This document shows, piece after piece, positions 15,001 to 29,646 of a stretch of DNA of 64,000 bases. The notes beneath the pieces are model-generated. The model worked only from the letters and a program-made list of their open reading frames with translations. It was not told the origin of the DNA and did not search any database. The position numbers and the translations under genes were made by a program. Positions within the stretch are counted from its first letter, which is position 1, and every line of letters begins with the position of its first letter. The stretch is from Squalus acanthias (Eukaryota): the NCBI GenBank assembly GCA_030390025.1, contig CM059433.1, forward strand, positions 24,058,001 through 24,122,000. Direction: 5' to 3'.

Positions 15001-18000
15001 TTTATACTGTTGTACATAGTTCATACTATTCAATATAGGTTTATACTGTTGGATATAGTTTATAATGTTCAATATAGTTTATTCTGTTGGATATAGTTTA
15101 TACTGTTGGATATACTTTCTACTGTTGGATTTGGTTTATCCTGTTGGATATAGTTTATACTGTTGTATATAGTTTATACTGTTGGATATACTTTCTACTG
15201 TTGGATAAAGCTTATCATTTTGGAAATAGTTTATACTTTTGGACATAGTTTATACTGTTGGATATAGTTCATTCTGTTGGATATAATTTATACTGTTGGA
15301 TATAGTTTATACTGTTGCATATAGTTTATACTGTTGGATATAATTTATACTGTTGGATATAGTTTATACTGTTGGATATAGTTCATTCTGTTGGATATAG
15401 TTTGTTCTGTTGGATATAGTTTATACTGTTGGATATAGTTTATAATGTTGGATATAGTTTATACTGTTGGATATAGTTCATTCTGTTGGATATAGTTCAT
15501 TCTGTTGGATATAGTTTATTCTGTTGGATATAGTTTATACTGTTGCATATTGTTTATACTGTTGGATATAATTTATACTGTTGGATATAGTTTATACAGT
15601 TGTATATAGTTTATACTGTTGGATATAGTTTATTCTGTTGGATATAGTTTATACTTATGGATGTACTTTCTACTGTTGGATAAAGCTTATCATTTTCGAT
15701 ATAGTTTATACTGTTGGATATAGTTTATACTGTTGGATATAGTTTATACTGTTGGATATAGTTTATAATGTTGGATATAGTTTATAATGTTGGATATAGT
15801 TTGTTCTGTTGGATATAGTTTATAATGTTGGATATAGTTTGTTCTGTTGGATATAGTTTATAATGTTGGATATAGTTTGTTCTGTTGGATAAATTTTATA
15901 CTGTTGCATATGGTTTATACTGTTGGATATAGTTTATACTGTTGGATATAGTTTATACAGTTGGATACAGTTTATACTGTTGGATATAGTTTATACAGTT
16001 GTATATAGTTTATACTGTTGGATACAGTTTATACTGTTGGATGTAGTTTATTCTGTTGGAGATAGTTTATACTTATGGATGTACTTTCTACTGTTGGATA
16101 AAGCTTATCATTTTCGATATAGTTTATACTGTTGGATATAGTTTGTACTGTTGGATATAGTTTGTTCTGTTGGATATAGTTTATACTGTTGGATATAGTT
16201 TATAATGTTGGATATAGTTTGTTCTGTTGGATATAGTTTATACTGTTGGATATAGTTTGTTCTGTTGGATATAGTTTATACTGTTGGATATAATTTATTC
16301 TGTTGGATATAGTTTATAATTATGGATATACTTTCTACTGTTGGATAAAGCTTATCATTTTCGATATAGTTTATACTGTTGGATATAGTTTATATTGTTG
16401 GATATAGTTTATTCTGTTGGATATAGTTTATACTGTTGGATATAGTTTATAATGTTGGATATAGTTTGTTCTGTTGGATATAGTTTATACTGTTGGATAT
16501 AGTTTATACTGTTGGATATAGTTTGTTCTGTTGGATATAGTTTATACTGTTGGATATAGTTTATAATGTTGGATATAGTTTATACTGTTGGATATAGTTC
16601 ATTCTGTTGGATATAGTTCATTCTGTTGGATATAGTTTATTCTGTTGGATATAGTTTATACTGTTGCATATTGTTTATACTGTTGGATATAATTTATACT
16701 GTTGGATATAGTTTATACTGTTGGATACAGTTTATACTGTTGGATATAGTTTATTCTGTTGGATATAGTTTATACTTATGGATGTACTTTCTACAGTTGG
16801 ATAAAGCTTATCATTTTCGATATAGTTTATACTGTTGGATATAGTTTATACTGTTGGATATAGTTTGTTCTGTTGGCTATAATTTATACTGTTGGATATA
16901 GTTTATAATGTTGGATAGAGTTTATACTGTTGGATATAGTTTATACTTTTGGATATAATTTGTTCTGTTGGATATAGTTTATACTGTTGGATATAGTTTA
17001 TAATGTTGGATATAGTTTATATTGTTGGATATAGTTTATACTGTTGGATATAGTTTATATAGTTGTATATAGTTTATACTGTTGGATACAGTTTATACTG
17101 TTGGATATAGTTTATTCTGTTGGATATAGTTTATACTTATGGATGTACTTTCTACTGTTGGATAAAGCTTATCATTTTCGATATAGTTTATACTGTTGGA
17201 TATAGTTTATACTGTTGGATATAGTTTATAATGTTGGATATAGTTTGTTCTGTTGGATATAGTTTATACTGTTGGATATAGTTTGTTCTGTTGGATATAG
17301 TTTATACTGTTGGATATAGTTTATACTGTTGGATATAGTTTGTTCTGTTGGATATAGTTTATACTGTTGGATATAATTTATTCTGTTGGATATAGTTTAT
17401 AATTATGGATGTACTTTCTACTGTTGGATAAAGCTTATCATTTTCGATATAGTTTATACTGTTGGATATAGTTTATACTGTTGGATATAATTTATACTGT
17501 TGGATATAGTTTATAATGTTGGATATAGTTTGTTCTGTTGGATATAGTTTATACTGTTGGATATAGTTTATAATGTTGGATATAGTTTATACTGTTGGAT
17601 ATAGTTCATTCTGTTGGATATAGTTCATTCTGTTGGATATAGTTTATTCTGTTGGATATAGTTTATACTGTTGCATATTGTTTATACTGTTGGATATAAT
17701 TTATACTGTTGGATATAGTTTATACAGTTGTATATAGTTTATACTGTTGGATACAGTTTATACTGTTGGATATAGTTTATTCTGTTGGATATAGTTTATA
17801 CTTATGGATGTACTTTCTACTGTTGGATAAAGCTTATCATTTTCGATATAGTTTATACTGTTGGATATAGTTTATACTGTTGGATATAGTTTGTTCTGTT
17901 GGATATAGTTTATACTGTTGGATATAGTTTATAATGTTGGATATAGTTTGTTCTGTTGGATATAGTTTGTACTGTTGGATATAGTTTATACTGTTGGATA

Positions 18001-19538
18001 TAGTTTATAATGTTGGATATAGTTTATACCGTTGGATATAGTTTATACTGTTGGATATAGTTTATACTGTTGGATATAGTTTATAATGTTGGATATAGTT
18101 TGTTCTGTTGGATATAGTTTATACTGTTGGATATAGTTTATACTGTTGGATATAGTTTGTTCTGTTGGATATAGTTTATACTGTTGGATATAGTTTGTTC
18201 TGTTGGATATAGTTTATAATGTTGGATATAGTTTATAATGTTGGATATAATTTGTTCTGTTGGATATAGTTTATACTGTTGGATATATTTTATACTGTTG
18301 GATATAGTTTGTTCTGTTGGATATAGTTTATACTGTGGGATATAGTTTATAATGTTGGATATAGTTTATACTGTTGGATATAGTTTGTTCTGTTGGATAT
18401 AGTTTATACTGTTGGATATAGTTTATACTGTTGGATATAGTTTATACTGTTGGATATAGTTTATACTGTTGGATATAGTTTATAATGTTGGATATAGTTT
18501 GTTCTGTTGGATATAGTTTATACTGTTGGATATAGTTTATACCGTTGGATATAGTTTATACTGTTGGATATAGTTTATACTGTTGGATATAGTTTATAAT
18601 GTTGGATATAGTTTGTTCTGTTGGATATAGTTTATACTGTTGGATATAGTTTATACTGTTGGATATAGTTTATACTGTTGGATATAGTTTATAATGTTGG
18701 ATATAGTTTATACTGTTGGATATAGTTTATAATGTTGGATATAGTTTATACTGTTGGATATAGTTTGTTCTGTTGGATATAGTTTATACTGTTGGATATA
18801 GTTTATAATGTTGGATATAGTTTATACTGTTGGATATAGTTTATAATGTTGGATATAGTTTATACTGTTGGATATAGTTTATACTGTTGGATATAGTTTA
18901 TAATGTTGAATATAGTTTATACTGTTGGATATAGGTTATACTGATGGATATAGTTTATAATGTTGGATATAGATTTTTACTGATGGAAATAGTTTCTATT
19001 GTTGGATATAGTTTATACAGTTGGAATAGCTTATAATGTTGGATATAGTTTATGCTGTTGAATATAGTTTATACTGTTGCATATTGTTTATACTGTTGGA
19101 TATAATTTATACTGTTGGATATAGTTTATACAGTTGTATATAGTTTATACTGTTGGATACAGCTTATACTGTTGGATATAGTTTATTCTGTTGGATATAG
19201 TTTATACTTATGGATGTACTTTCTACTGTTGGATAAAGCTTATCATTTTCGATATAGTTTATACTGTTGGATATAGTTTATACTGTTGGATATAGTTTAT
19301 ACTGTTGGATATAGTTTATACTGTTGGATATAGTTTATAATGTTGGATATAGTTTGTTCTGTTGGATATAGTTTATACTGTTGGATATAGTTTGTTCTGT
19401 TGGATAAATTTTATACTGTTGCATATTGTTTATACTGTTGGATATAGTTTATACTGTTGGATATAGTTTATACAGTTGTATATAGTTTATACTGTTGGAT
19501 ACAGTTTATACTGTTGGATATAGTTTATTCTGTTGGAT

Positions 19539-22158
19539 ATACATAGATACATAGATACATAGAAGATTGGAGCAGGAGTAGGCCATCCGGCCCTTCGAGC
19601 CTGCTCCGCCATTTAATGAGATCATGGCTGATCCTCCAATTCAGTATCCCGTCCCCGCCTTCTCTCCGTAACCCTTAACCCCTTTTGCCTGTAGAAATAT
19701 ATCTAATTCCCTCTTAAATATATTTAATGAGCTGGCGTACACTGCCCTCTGTGGCAATGAGTTCGACAGGTTCACCACCCTCTGAGTGAAAAAATTCCCC
19801 CTCATTTCTGTCCTAAATGGTTTAGCCCTTATCCTTAAATTATGTCCTCTAGTTCTGTTCTCACCCGCCAAGGGAAACATTCCTTCTGCATCTAGTCTGT
19901 CTAGACCTGTCAGAATTTTATACACTTCTATGAGGTCCCCTCTCAATCTTCTAAACTCCAGTGTGTACATCCCTAAACTACATAGTCTCTCCTCATAGGT
20001 CAATCCTGCCATTCCTGGTATCAGCCTGGTGAATCGCCGCTGCACCCCCTCCATGGCAAGAACATCTTTCCTCAGATGAGACGACCAAAACTGTACACAG
20101 TACTCGAGGTGTGGTCTCACCAGTGCCCTGTACAGCTGCAGCAAGGTATCCCTGTTCCTGTATTCCAACCCTTTTGCTATGAAGGCCAGCATACCGTTTG
20201 CCTTCTTGACCGCCTGTTGCACCTGCATGCTCGCCTTCAGTGACTGGTGTACAAGAACACCCAGGTCTCTCTGTACTTCCCCCTCTCCCAATTTATTGCC
20301 ATTTAAATAATAATTTGCCCTCCCGTTCCTGCACCCAAGGTGGATAACTTCGCACTTGTCCACATTATAGTGCATCTGCCATTTATCCGCCCAATCACCC
20401 AGTCTGTCCAAATCGCTCTGGAGCTTCCTGGTCTCCTCCTCTGAGCCCACCCCCCCCCTCCTAGTTTAGTGTCGTCTGCAAATTTGGAAATGCTGCATCC
20501 GACTCCCTGATCCAGGTCATTAATGTAAATTGTGAACAGCTGGGGACCCAGGACAGATCCCTGTGGTACCCCACTTGTTACTGCCTGCCATTCAGAAAAT
20601 GAGCCATTTATTCCAACTCTCTGTTTTCTATCTAACAGCCAGTTCTCTATCCACGTCAATACTTTCCCCTTTATCCCATGAGCTTCAATTTTCCATGCTA
20701 ATCTTTTATGTGGGACCTTGTCGAAGGCCTTTTGGAAGTCCAGGTACACCACATCTACTGGCTCTCCCCCATCTATTTTACCAGTTACTCCCCCAAAAAA
20801 TTCCAATAGATTAGTCAAGCACGATTTACCCTTTGTAAATCCATGTTGACTCTGTCCTATCCTGTCCCCATTTGCTAAGTGCTCCGCTATTTCATCCTTA
20901 ATGATGGACTCCAGCATTTTGCCCACAACTGATGTAAGGCTTACAGGTCTGTAATTACCTGCTTTTTCCCTACCCCCCTTTTTGAATAGTGGGGTAACGT
21001 TAGCTACCCTCCAATCCATGGGCACTGTTCCCGAGTCTAATGAATTCTGAAAAATCATACTTAGTGCATCCGCTATCTCTAGGGCCACCTCCTTCAGTAC
21101 CCTAGGATGCATGTTATCAGGCCCTGGGGATTTGTCCGCCTTCAATCCCTTTAGCTTCCTTAACACCATATCCTTAGAGATATTGATTTGCGTCAGTTCC
21201 TCCTTTGCCAATGTCCCTATTTTTCCCGATATCCCAGGGAGGTTTTTTGTGTCTTCCTTCGTAAAGACTGACCCAAAGTATGCATTTAGTTGGTCTGCCA
21301 TTTCCTTATTTCCCGTTATATATTCCCCCGTATCTGACTGCAATGGACCAACTTTGGTTTTCACCAGTCTTTTCCTCTTGATATACTTATAAAAGCTTTT
21401 GGAGTTAGTTTTTATATTTTCCGCCCGCTTGCTTTCGTAAGCTATTTTGCCCCTCTTGATTAAGCCCTTTGTCCTCCTTTGCTCTATCTTAAACTGTTCC
21501 CAATCTTCTGCTCTGGTGCTTTTTTTGGCTATTTTATACGCCCTATCTTTGGATTTTATGCTATCTCTAATTTCCCCTGTTATCCACGGTTGAGTCACCT
21601 TTTTAGATTTCCTTTTATGCCAGATTGGTATAAACAATTTTTGCAATTTTGTCATTCTATCTTTAAATGCTTGCCATTGTTTATCTACCTCCAGTCCTCC
21701 CAGGAACGTTGTCCAATCAGACCTACTCAGTTCCCGTCTAATGGCATCATAATTCCCCTTGTTTAAATTCAGGACCTTAGTCTCTGAGTCAATTTCTTCG
21801 CTCTCCATTTCGAGTGAGAAATCGATCATGTTATGATCGCTCTGACCCAAGGGTCCCCGTACAACAAGATTAGGCTAGTCCAATCTATATGTAAGTTAAA
21901 GTCACCTATGATGACAGCTGTGCTCTTATTGCACGCTTCTCTAATTTCCCTCGTGATGCCCTCCCCAACCTCTATTTTACTATTTGGAGGCCTATATACC
22001 ACTCCTATTAGTGTTTTTCGCCCCTCGCTATTTCTTAGCTCCACCCATATAGATTCTGTATTAACTGAGTTAATATCCTTCCTTTCAATTGCATTTATCC
22101 CCTCTTTTACCAGCAATGCTACCCCTCCTCCCTTTCTTTTTTGTCGATCCTTCCTAAA
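19539..22158 (-). mobile_element. CR1-clade LINE copy 2, a duplicate of copy 1 with identical junctions
   Basis: Same tail, same 5' truncation point and same flanks; offset 10096 bp at the 3' end and 10098 bp at the 5' end. Confidence 0.97.
19641..21850 (-). pseudogene. CR1 ORF2 copy 2, frameshifted just after the FADD motif
   Basis: C-run is 9 nt (20450-20458) versus 7 nt in copy 1, splitting the ORF into 515 aa and 269 aa pieces. Confidence 0.9.
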
Positions 22159-25100
22159 TACTTATGGATGTACTTTCTACTGTTGGATAAAGCTTATCAT
22201 TTTCGATATAGTTTATACTGTTGGATATAGTTTATACTGTTGGATATAGTTTGTTCTGTTGGATATAGTTTCTACTGTTGGATATAGTTTGTTCTGTTGG
22301 ATATAGTTTATACTGTTGGATATAGTTTATAATGTTGGATATAGTTTATCTGTTGGATATAGATTATCCTGTTGGATATAGTTTATTCTGTTGGATATAG
22401 TTTATTCTGTTGGGTATATTTTATAATGTTGGATATAATTTATTCTGTTGGATATATTTTATAATGGTGGATATAATTTGTTCTGTTGGATATAGTTTAT
22501 ATTGTTGGAAATATTTCATTCTGTTGGATATAGTTCATACTGCTGGATATATTTTATTCTTTTAGGTATAGTGTATACTGTTGGATATAGTTTATACTGT
22601 TGAATATAGTTTATACTGTTGGATATACTTTCTACTGTTGGATAAAGCTTATAATTTTGGAAATAGTTTATACTTTTGGATAAAGTTTAAACTGTTGGAT
22701 ATAGTTTATTCTGTTGGATATATTTTATACTGTTGGATATAGTTTTTACTGTTGTATATAGTTTATACATGTTGTATTCAGTTCATACTGTTAGATATAG
22801 TTTATTCTGTTGGATATAGTTTATACTGTTGGATATAGTTTATAATGTTGGATATAGTTTATACTGTTGGATATAGTTCATTCTGTTGGATATAGTTCAT
22901 TCTGCTGGATATAGTTTATTCTGTTGGATATAGTTTATACTGTTGCATATTGTTTATACTGTTGGATATAATTTATACTGTTGGATATAGTTTATACAGT
23001 TGTATATAGTTTATACTGTTGGATACAGTTTATACTGTTGGATATAGTTTATTCTGTTGGATATAGTTTATACTTATGGATGTACTTTCTACTGTTGGAT
23101 AAAGCTTATCATTTTCGATATAGTTTATACTGTTGGATATAGTTTATACTGTTGGATATAGTTTGTTCTGTTGGATATAGTTTATACTGTTGGATATAGT
23201 TTATAATGTTGGATATAGTTTGTTCTGTTGGATATAGTTTATACTGTTGGATATAGTTTATACTTTTGGATATAATTTGTTCTGTTGGATATAGTTTATA
23301 CTGTTGGATATAGTTTATATTGTTGGATATATTTCATTCTGTTGGATATAGTTCATACTGCTGGATATATTTTATTCTTTTAGGTATAGTGTATACTGTT
23401 GGATATAGTTTATACTGTTGAATATAGTTTATACTGTTGGATATACTTTCTACTGTTGGATAAAGCTTATAATTTTGGATATAGTTTATACTGTTGGATA
23501 TAGTTTATAATGTTGGATATACTTTGTTCTGTTGGATATAGTTTATACTGTTGGATATAGTTTATACTGTTGGATATAGTTTGTTCTGTTGGATATAGTT
23601 TATAATGTTGGATATAGTTTATAATGTTGGATATAATTTATACTGTTGGATATAGTTTATACTGTTGGATATAGTTTGTTCTGTTGGATATAGTTTATAC
23701 TGTTGGATATAGTTTATAATGTTGGATATAGTTTATACTGTTGCATATAGTTTATACTGTTGGATATAATTTGTTCTGTTGGATATAGTTTATACTGTTG
23801 CATATAGTTTATACTGTTGGATATAGTTTGTTCTGTTGGATATAGTTTATACTGTTGGATATAGTTTATACTGTTGGATATAGTTTATACTGTTGGATAT
23901 AGTTTGTTCTGTTGGATATAGTTTATACTGTTGGATATAGTTTATAATGTTGGATATAGTTTATACTGTTGCATATAGTTTATACTGTTGGATATAGTTT
24001 GTTCTGTTGGATATAGTTTATACTGTTGGATATAGTTTATAATGTTGGATATAGTTTATACTGTTGGATATAGTTTATACTGTTGGATATAGTTTATACT
24101 GTTGGATATAGTTTGTTCTGTTGGATATAGTTTATACTGTTGGATATAGTTTATAATGTTGGATATAGTTTATACTCTTGCATATAGTTTATACTGTTGG
24201 ATATAGTTTATACTGTTGGATATAGTTTATAATGTTGGATATAGTTTATAATGTTGGATATAGTTTATACTGTTGGATATAGTTCATTCTGTTGGATATA
24301 GTTCATTCTGTTGGATATAGTTTATTCTGTTGGATATAGTTTATACAGTTGTATATAGTTTATACTGTTGGATACTGTTTATACTGTTGGATATAGTTTA
24401 TTCTGTTGGATATAGTTTATACTTATGGATGTACTTTCTACTGTTGGATAAAGCTTATCATTTTCGATATAGTTTATTCTGTTGGATATAGTTTATACTG
24501 TTGGATATAGTTTATACTGTTGGATATAGTTTATACTGTTGGATATAGTTTATAATGTTGGATATAGTTTGTTCTGTTGGATATAGTTTATACTGTTGGA
24601 TATAGTTTGTTCTGTTGGATAAATTTTATACTGTTGCATATTGTTTATACTGTTGGATATAGTTTATACTGTTGGATATAGTTTATACAGTTGTATATAG
24701 TTTATACTGTTGGATACAGTTTATACTGTTGGATATAGTTTATTCTGTTGGATATAGTTTATACTTATGGATGTACTTTCTACTGTTGGTTAAAGCTTAT
24801 CATTTTCGATATAGTTTATACTGTTGGATATAGTTTATACTGTTGGATATAGTTTGTTCTGTTGGATATAGTTTATACTGTTGGATATAGTTTATAATGT
24901 TGGATATAGTTTGTTCTGTTGGATATAGTTTATACTGTTGGATATAGTTTGTTCTGTTGGATATAGTTTATACTGTTGGATATAATTTATTCTGTTGGAT
25001 ATAGTTTATAATTATGGATGTACTTTCTTCTGTTGGATATAGTTTATTCTGTTGGATATAGTTTATATTGTTCGATGTAGTTTATACTGTTCGTTATAGT

Positions 25101-25727
25101 TTATAATGTTGGATATAGTTTATTCTGTTGGATATATTTTATAATGTTGGATATCGTTTATTCTTTTGGATATATTTTATAATGTTGGATATTGTTTAAT
25201 GTGTTGGATATATTTAATAATGTTGGATATAGTTTATGCTGTTGGATATATTTTATAATGTTGGATATAGTTTATTCTGTTGGATATAGTTAATTCTGTT
25301 GGATAAACTTTCTACTGTTGCATAAAGCTTATAATTTTGGAAATAGTTTATACTTTTGGATAAAGTTTAAACTGTTGGATATAGTTTATTCTGTTGGATA
25401 TAGTTTATACTGTTAGATATATTTTATTCTGTTGGGTTTGTTTATAATGTTGGATATATTTTATACTGTTGGATATAGTTTATACTGTTCGATATAGTTT
25501 AATCTTTTGGATACAATTTATACTGTTGCATATTAATACAGTTGGATATAGTTTATTCTGTTGGATATAGTTTATATGTTGGATATTGTTTATACTGTTG
25601 GATATAGTTTATACTGTTCGATACAGTTTATACTGTTGGATACAGTTTATACTGCTGGATATATTTTATTCAGTTTGATATGGTTTGTACTGTTGGATAT
25701 AGTTTGTTCTGCTGGATATAGTTTATA

Positions 25728-26022
25728 GAAACATAGAAACATAGAAACATAGAAACTAGGAGCAGGAGTAGGCCATTCGGCCCGTCGAGCCTGCTCCACC
25801 ATTCAATACGATCATGGCTGATCATCCAAATCCAGTACCCTGTCCCTGCTTTCTCACACCGAATCCCCACATCGAGCCTGCACCTATCCCACCCTATCCC
25901 TGTAACCCCACGTATTTAATTCCCCCGAACATATCCCATCCTATCCCCATAACCCCACATATTTAATCCCCCCCTAACACTAAAGGTCAATTTATCATAG
26001 CCAAATCAACCTAACCCGCACA
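25728..26022 (-). mobile_element. 5'-truncated HE1-like (V-SINE type) SINE with CR1-derived 3' tail
   Basis: (ATAGAAAC)n tail; CR1-like 3' end; minus strand begins TGTGCGGGTTAGGTTGATTTGGCTATGATAAATTG, resembling the V-SINE/HE1 core; TTTATA on both sides (25722-25727, 26023-26028). Confidence 0.75.
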
Positions 26023-29000
26023 TTTATACTGTTGGATATAAGTTATACTGTTGTATATAGTTTATACTGTTGGATATAGTTTATCCTGTTGGAATAGTTT
26101 ATACTGTTGGATATACTTTCTACTGTTGGATAAAGCTTACAATTTTGGAAATAGTTTATACTTTTGGATAAAGTTTAAACTGTTGGATATAGTTTATTCT
26201 GTTGGATATATTTTATAATGTTGAATATATTTTATACTGTTGGATATATTTTATACAGTTGGATATAGTTTATACTGTTGGATATAGTTTATTCTGTTGG
26301 ATATAGTTTACACTGTTCGATATAGTTTATACTGTTCGATATCGTTTATACTGTTCGTTATAGTCTATTCTGTTGGATATAGTTTATACTGTTGGATATA
26401 GTTCATTCTGTTGGATATACTTTCTACTGTTGGATAAAGCTTATAATTTTGGAAATAATTTATACTTTTGGATAAAGTTTAAACTGTTGGAAATAGTTTA
26501 TTCTGTTGGATATATTTTATAATGTTGAATATATTTTATACTGTTGGAGATAGTTTAGACTGTTGCATATAGTTGATCCTGTTGGATATACTTTATACTG
26601 CTGGATATATTTTATTCTGTTGGATATAGTTTATACTGTTGTATATAGTTCATACAGTTGGATATAGTTTATTCTGTTGGATATTGTTCATATTGTTGGA
26701 TATAGTTTATTCTGTTTGATATAGTTTATACTGTTCGATATAGTTTATTCTGTTGGATATAGTTTATACTGTTGGATATAGTTTATTCTGTAGGATTAAG
26801 TTTATTTTGTTGGATTTAGTTTATCCTATTGGATATAGTTTATACTGTTCAATACAGTTTATACTGTTGGAAATAGTTTATTCTGTTGGATATAGTTTAT
26901 ACTGTTCGAAATAGTTTATACTGTTGGATATAGTTTAGACTGTTGGATATAGTTTATACTTTTGGATATAGTTTATACTGTTGGATATAGTTTATCCTGT
27001 TGGATATAGTTTATTCTGTTGGATATAGTTTATTCTGTTGGATATATTTTATAATGTTGGATATAGTTTATTCTGTTGGATGTATTTTATAATGGTGGAT
27101 ATAATTTGTTCTGTTGGATATAGTTAATATTGTTGGATATATTTCATTCTGTTGGATATAGTTTGTACTGCTGGATATATTTTATTCTTTTAGGTATAGT
27201 GTATACTGTTGGATATAGTTTATACTGTTGAATATAGTTTATACTGTTGGATATACTTTCTACTGTTGGATAAAGCTTATAATTTTGGAAATAGTTTGTA
27301 CTTTTGGTTAAAGTTTAAACTGTTGGATATAGTTTATTCTGTTGGATATATGTTATACTGCTGGATATATTTCATACTGTTGGATATAGTTTTTACTGTT
27401 GTATATAGTTTATACTGTTGCATATAGTTCATACTGTTAGATATAGTTTATTCTGTTGGATATAGTTTATACTGTTGGATATATTTTATTCTGTTGGATA
27501 TAGTTTACAATGTTGGATATAGTTTATTCTGTTGGATATATTTTATAATGTTGGATATCGTTTATTCTGTTGGATATATTTAATAATGTTGGATATCGTT
27601 TATTCTGTTGGATATATTTAATAATGTTGGATATAGTTTATTCTGTTGGATATATTTTATAATGTTGGATATAGTTTATTCTGTTGGATATACTTTATTC
27701 TGTTGGATATAGTTTATACTGTTGGATATAGTTTATTCTTTTAGATATAGTGTATACTGTTGGATATAGTTTATACTGTTGTATATAGTTCATACTGTTC
27801 GATATAGTTTATTCTGTTGGATATAGTTTATACTGTTGGATATAGTTTATTCTGTTGGATAAAGTTGATACTGTTGGATATAGTTTATACTGTTGCATAT
27901 AGTTTATTCTGTTGGATATAGTTTATAATGTTCGATATAGTTTAATCTGTTGGATATAGTTTATACTGTTGCATATAGTTTATTCTGTTGGATATGTTTA
28001 AACTGTTGGATATAGTTTATTCTGTTGGATATAATTTATAATGTTGAATATATTTTATACTGTGGGATATAGTTTATTCTGTTGGATATAGTTTATACTG
28101 TTGAATATAGTTTATACTGTTGGATAAACTTTCTACTGTTGGATAAAGCTTATAATTTTGGAAATAGTTTATACTTTTGGATAAAGTTTAAACTGTTGGA
28201 TATAGTTTATTCTGTTGCATATAGTTTATAATGTTGAATATATTTTATACTGTTGGATATAGTTTATTCTGTTGGATATAGTTTATACTGTTGGATATAG
28301 TTTATTCTGTTGGATATAGTTTATACTGTTCGATTTAGTTTATACTGTTCGATATAGTTTATAATGTTGGATATAGTTTATTCTGTTGGATATATTTTAT
28401 AATGTTGGATATCATTTATTCTTTTGGATATATTTTATAATGTTGGATATAGTTTTTTCTGTTGGATATATTTTATAATGTTGGATATAGTTTATTCTGT
28501 TGGATATAGTTTATACTGTTGGATATAGTTTATTCTGTTGGATATAGTTAATACTGTTCAATTTAGTTTATCCTGTTCGATATAGTTTATACTGTTCGTT
28601 ATAGTCTACTCTGTTCGATATAGTTTATTCTTTTGGATACAATTTATACTGTTGCATATTGTTAATACTGTTGGATATAGTTTATTCTGTTGGATACAGT
28701 TTATACTGCTGGATATATTTTATTCAGTTTGATATAGTTTATACTGTTGGATATAGTTTGTTCTGTTGGATATAATTTATACTGTTGGATATAATTTATA
28801 CTGTTGGATATAGTTTATACTGTTGGATATAGTTTATCCTGTTGGAATAGTTTATACTGTTGGATATACTTTCTACTGTTGGATAAAGCTTACAATTTTG
28901 GAAATAGTTTATACTTTTGGATAAAGTTTAAACTGTTGGCTATAATTTATTCTGTTGGATATATTTTATAATGTTGAATATATTTTATACTGTTGGATAT

Positions 29001-29047
29001 ATTTTATACAGTTGGATATAGTTTATACTGTTGGATATAGTTTATAT

Positions 29048-29280
29048 TGTGGCGGATCGCCACCTAAACGGGCATCATCCACTTTTCCATCCGTGGACAA
29101 TATATCGAGCACCTTGCGTTTAAGGCAGCAGAAAAGGAGTGGGCGGGGCCTCAGGATTTTTCCAGGGAATTCTGGGAGAAGTCTGTTCAGCCATTTTTGG
29201 ACCATGCAGTTGTATTAAAAAGCCTCTGTTTTTCCACACATGGATTCAGTCTTAATTCGTGTTTCGCTGCAGCCTCAACA
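29048..29280 (+). repeat. Gypsy 5' LTR (233 bp)
   Basis: TGTGGCGG...CCTCAACA, direct repeat of 33153-33381. Confidence 0.96.
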
Positions 29281-29281
29281 T

Positions 29282-29295
29282 TGGTGAACCCAACG
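29282..29295 (+). promoter_or_regulatory. Primer-binding site, tRNA-Trp-like
   Basis: TGGTGAACCCAACG, 12/14 match to TGGTGACCCCGACG, 1 nt after the LTR. Confidence 0.75.
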
Positions 29296-29320
29296 CTCAG
29301 AACGTATTCCGAGCACTGCA

Positions 29321-29646
29321 ATGGCGGACACGAACGCAGTTTCCGTGAAACTGCCGGAGTTTTGGGAAAACCAGCTCGAAGCCTGGTTTCTCCAAGCTGA
29401 ATCTCGCTACCGGCTGCGAAACATCACCACAGATGGGACGCAGTACGACTACCTCGTCACATCACTCGGTAGCGCCACAGTTTCGAAGGTTTGGACAGCG
29501 CTGGAGAACCCACCAGAGGAAGGCAAGTATGCACATCTCAAGGCAGCGCTCCTTAAAAATTTACGGCCTCGGCATATCGGCGAAACTGCCACCTCCTCGA
29601 CCTTCCAGGCCTCGGTGATGCCTCACCGTCAGACCTCCTCTCCCAC
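29321..29646 (+). pseudogene. gag: gag N-terminus, frameshifted relative to downstream gag-pol
   Basis: VKLPEFW..AWFLQAE..LKAALLK in one frame, IYGL in a second and LLDLPGLGD..PSDLL in the pol frame (shifts near 29556-29590). Confidence 0.8.

Noticed and set aside
29550..29600. Programmed -1 frameshift between gag and pol
   Set aside because: The shift lies inside the capsid region and a conserved-looking YGL segment is in a third frame, which favours two mutational indels.
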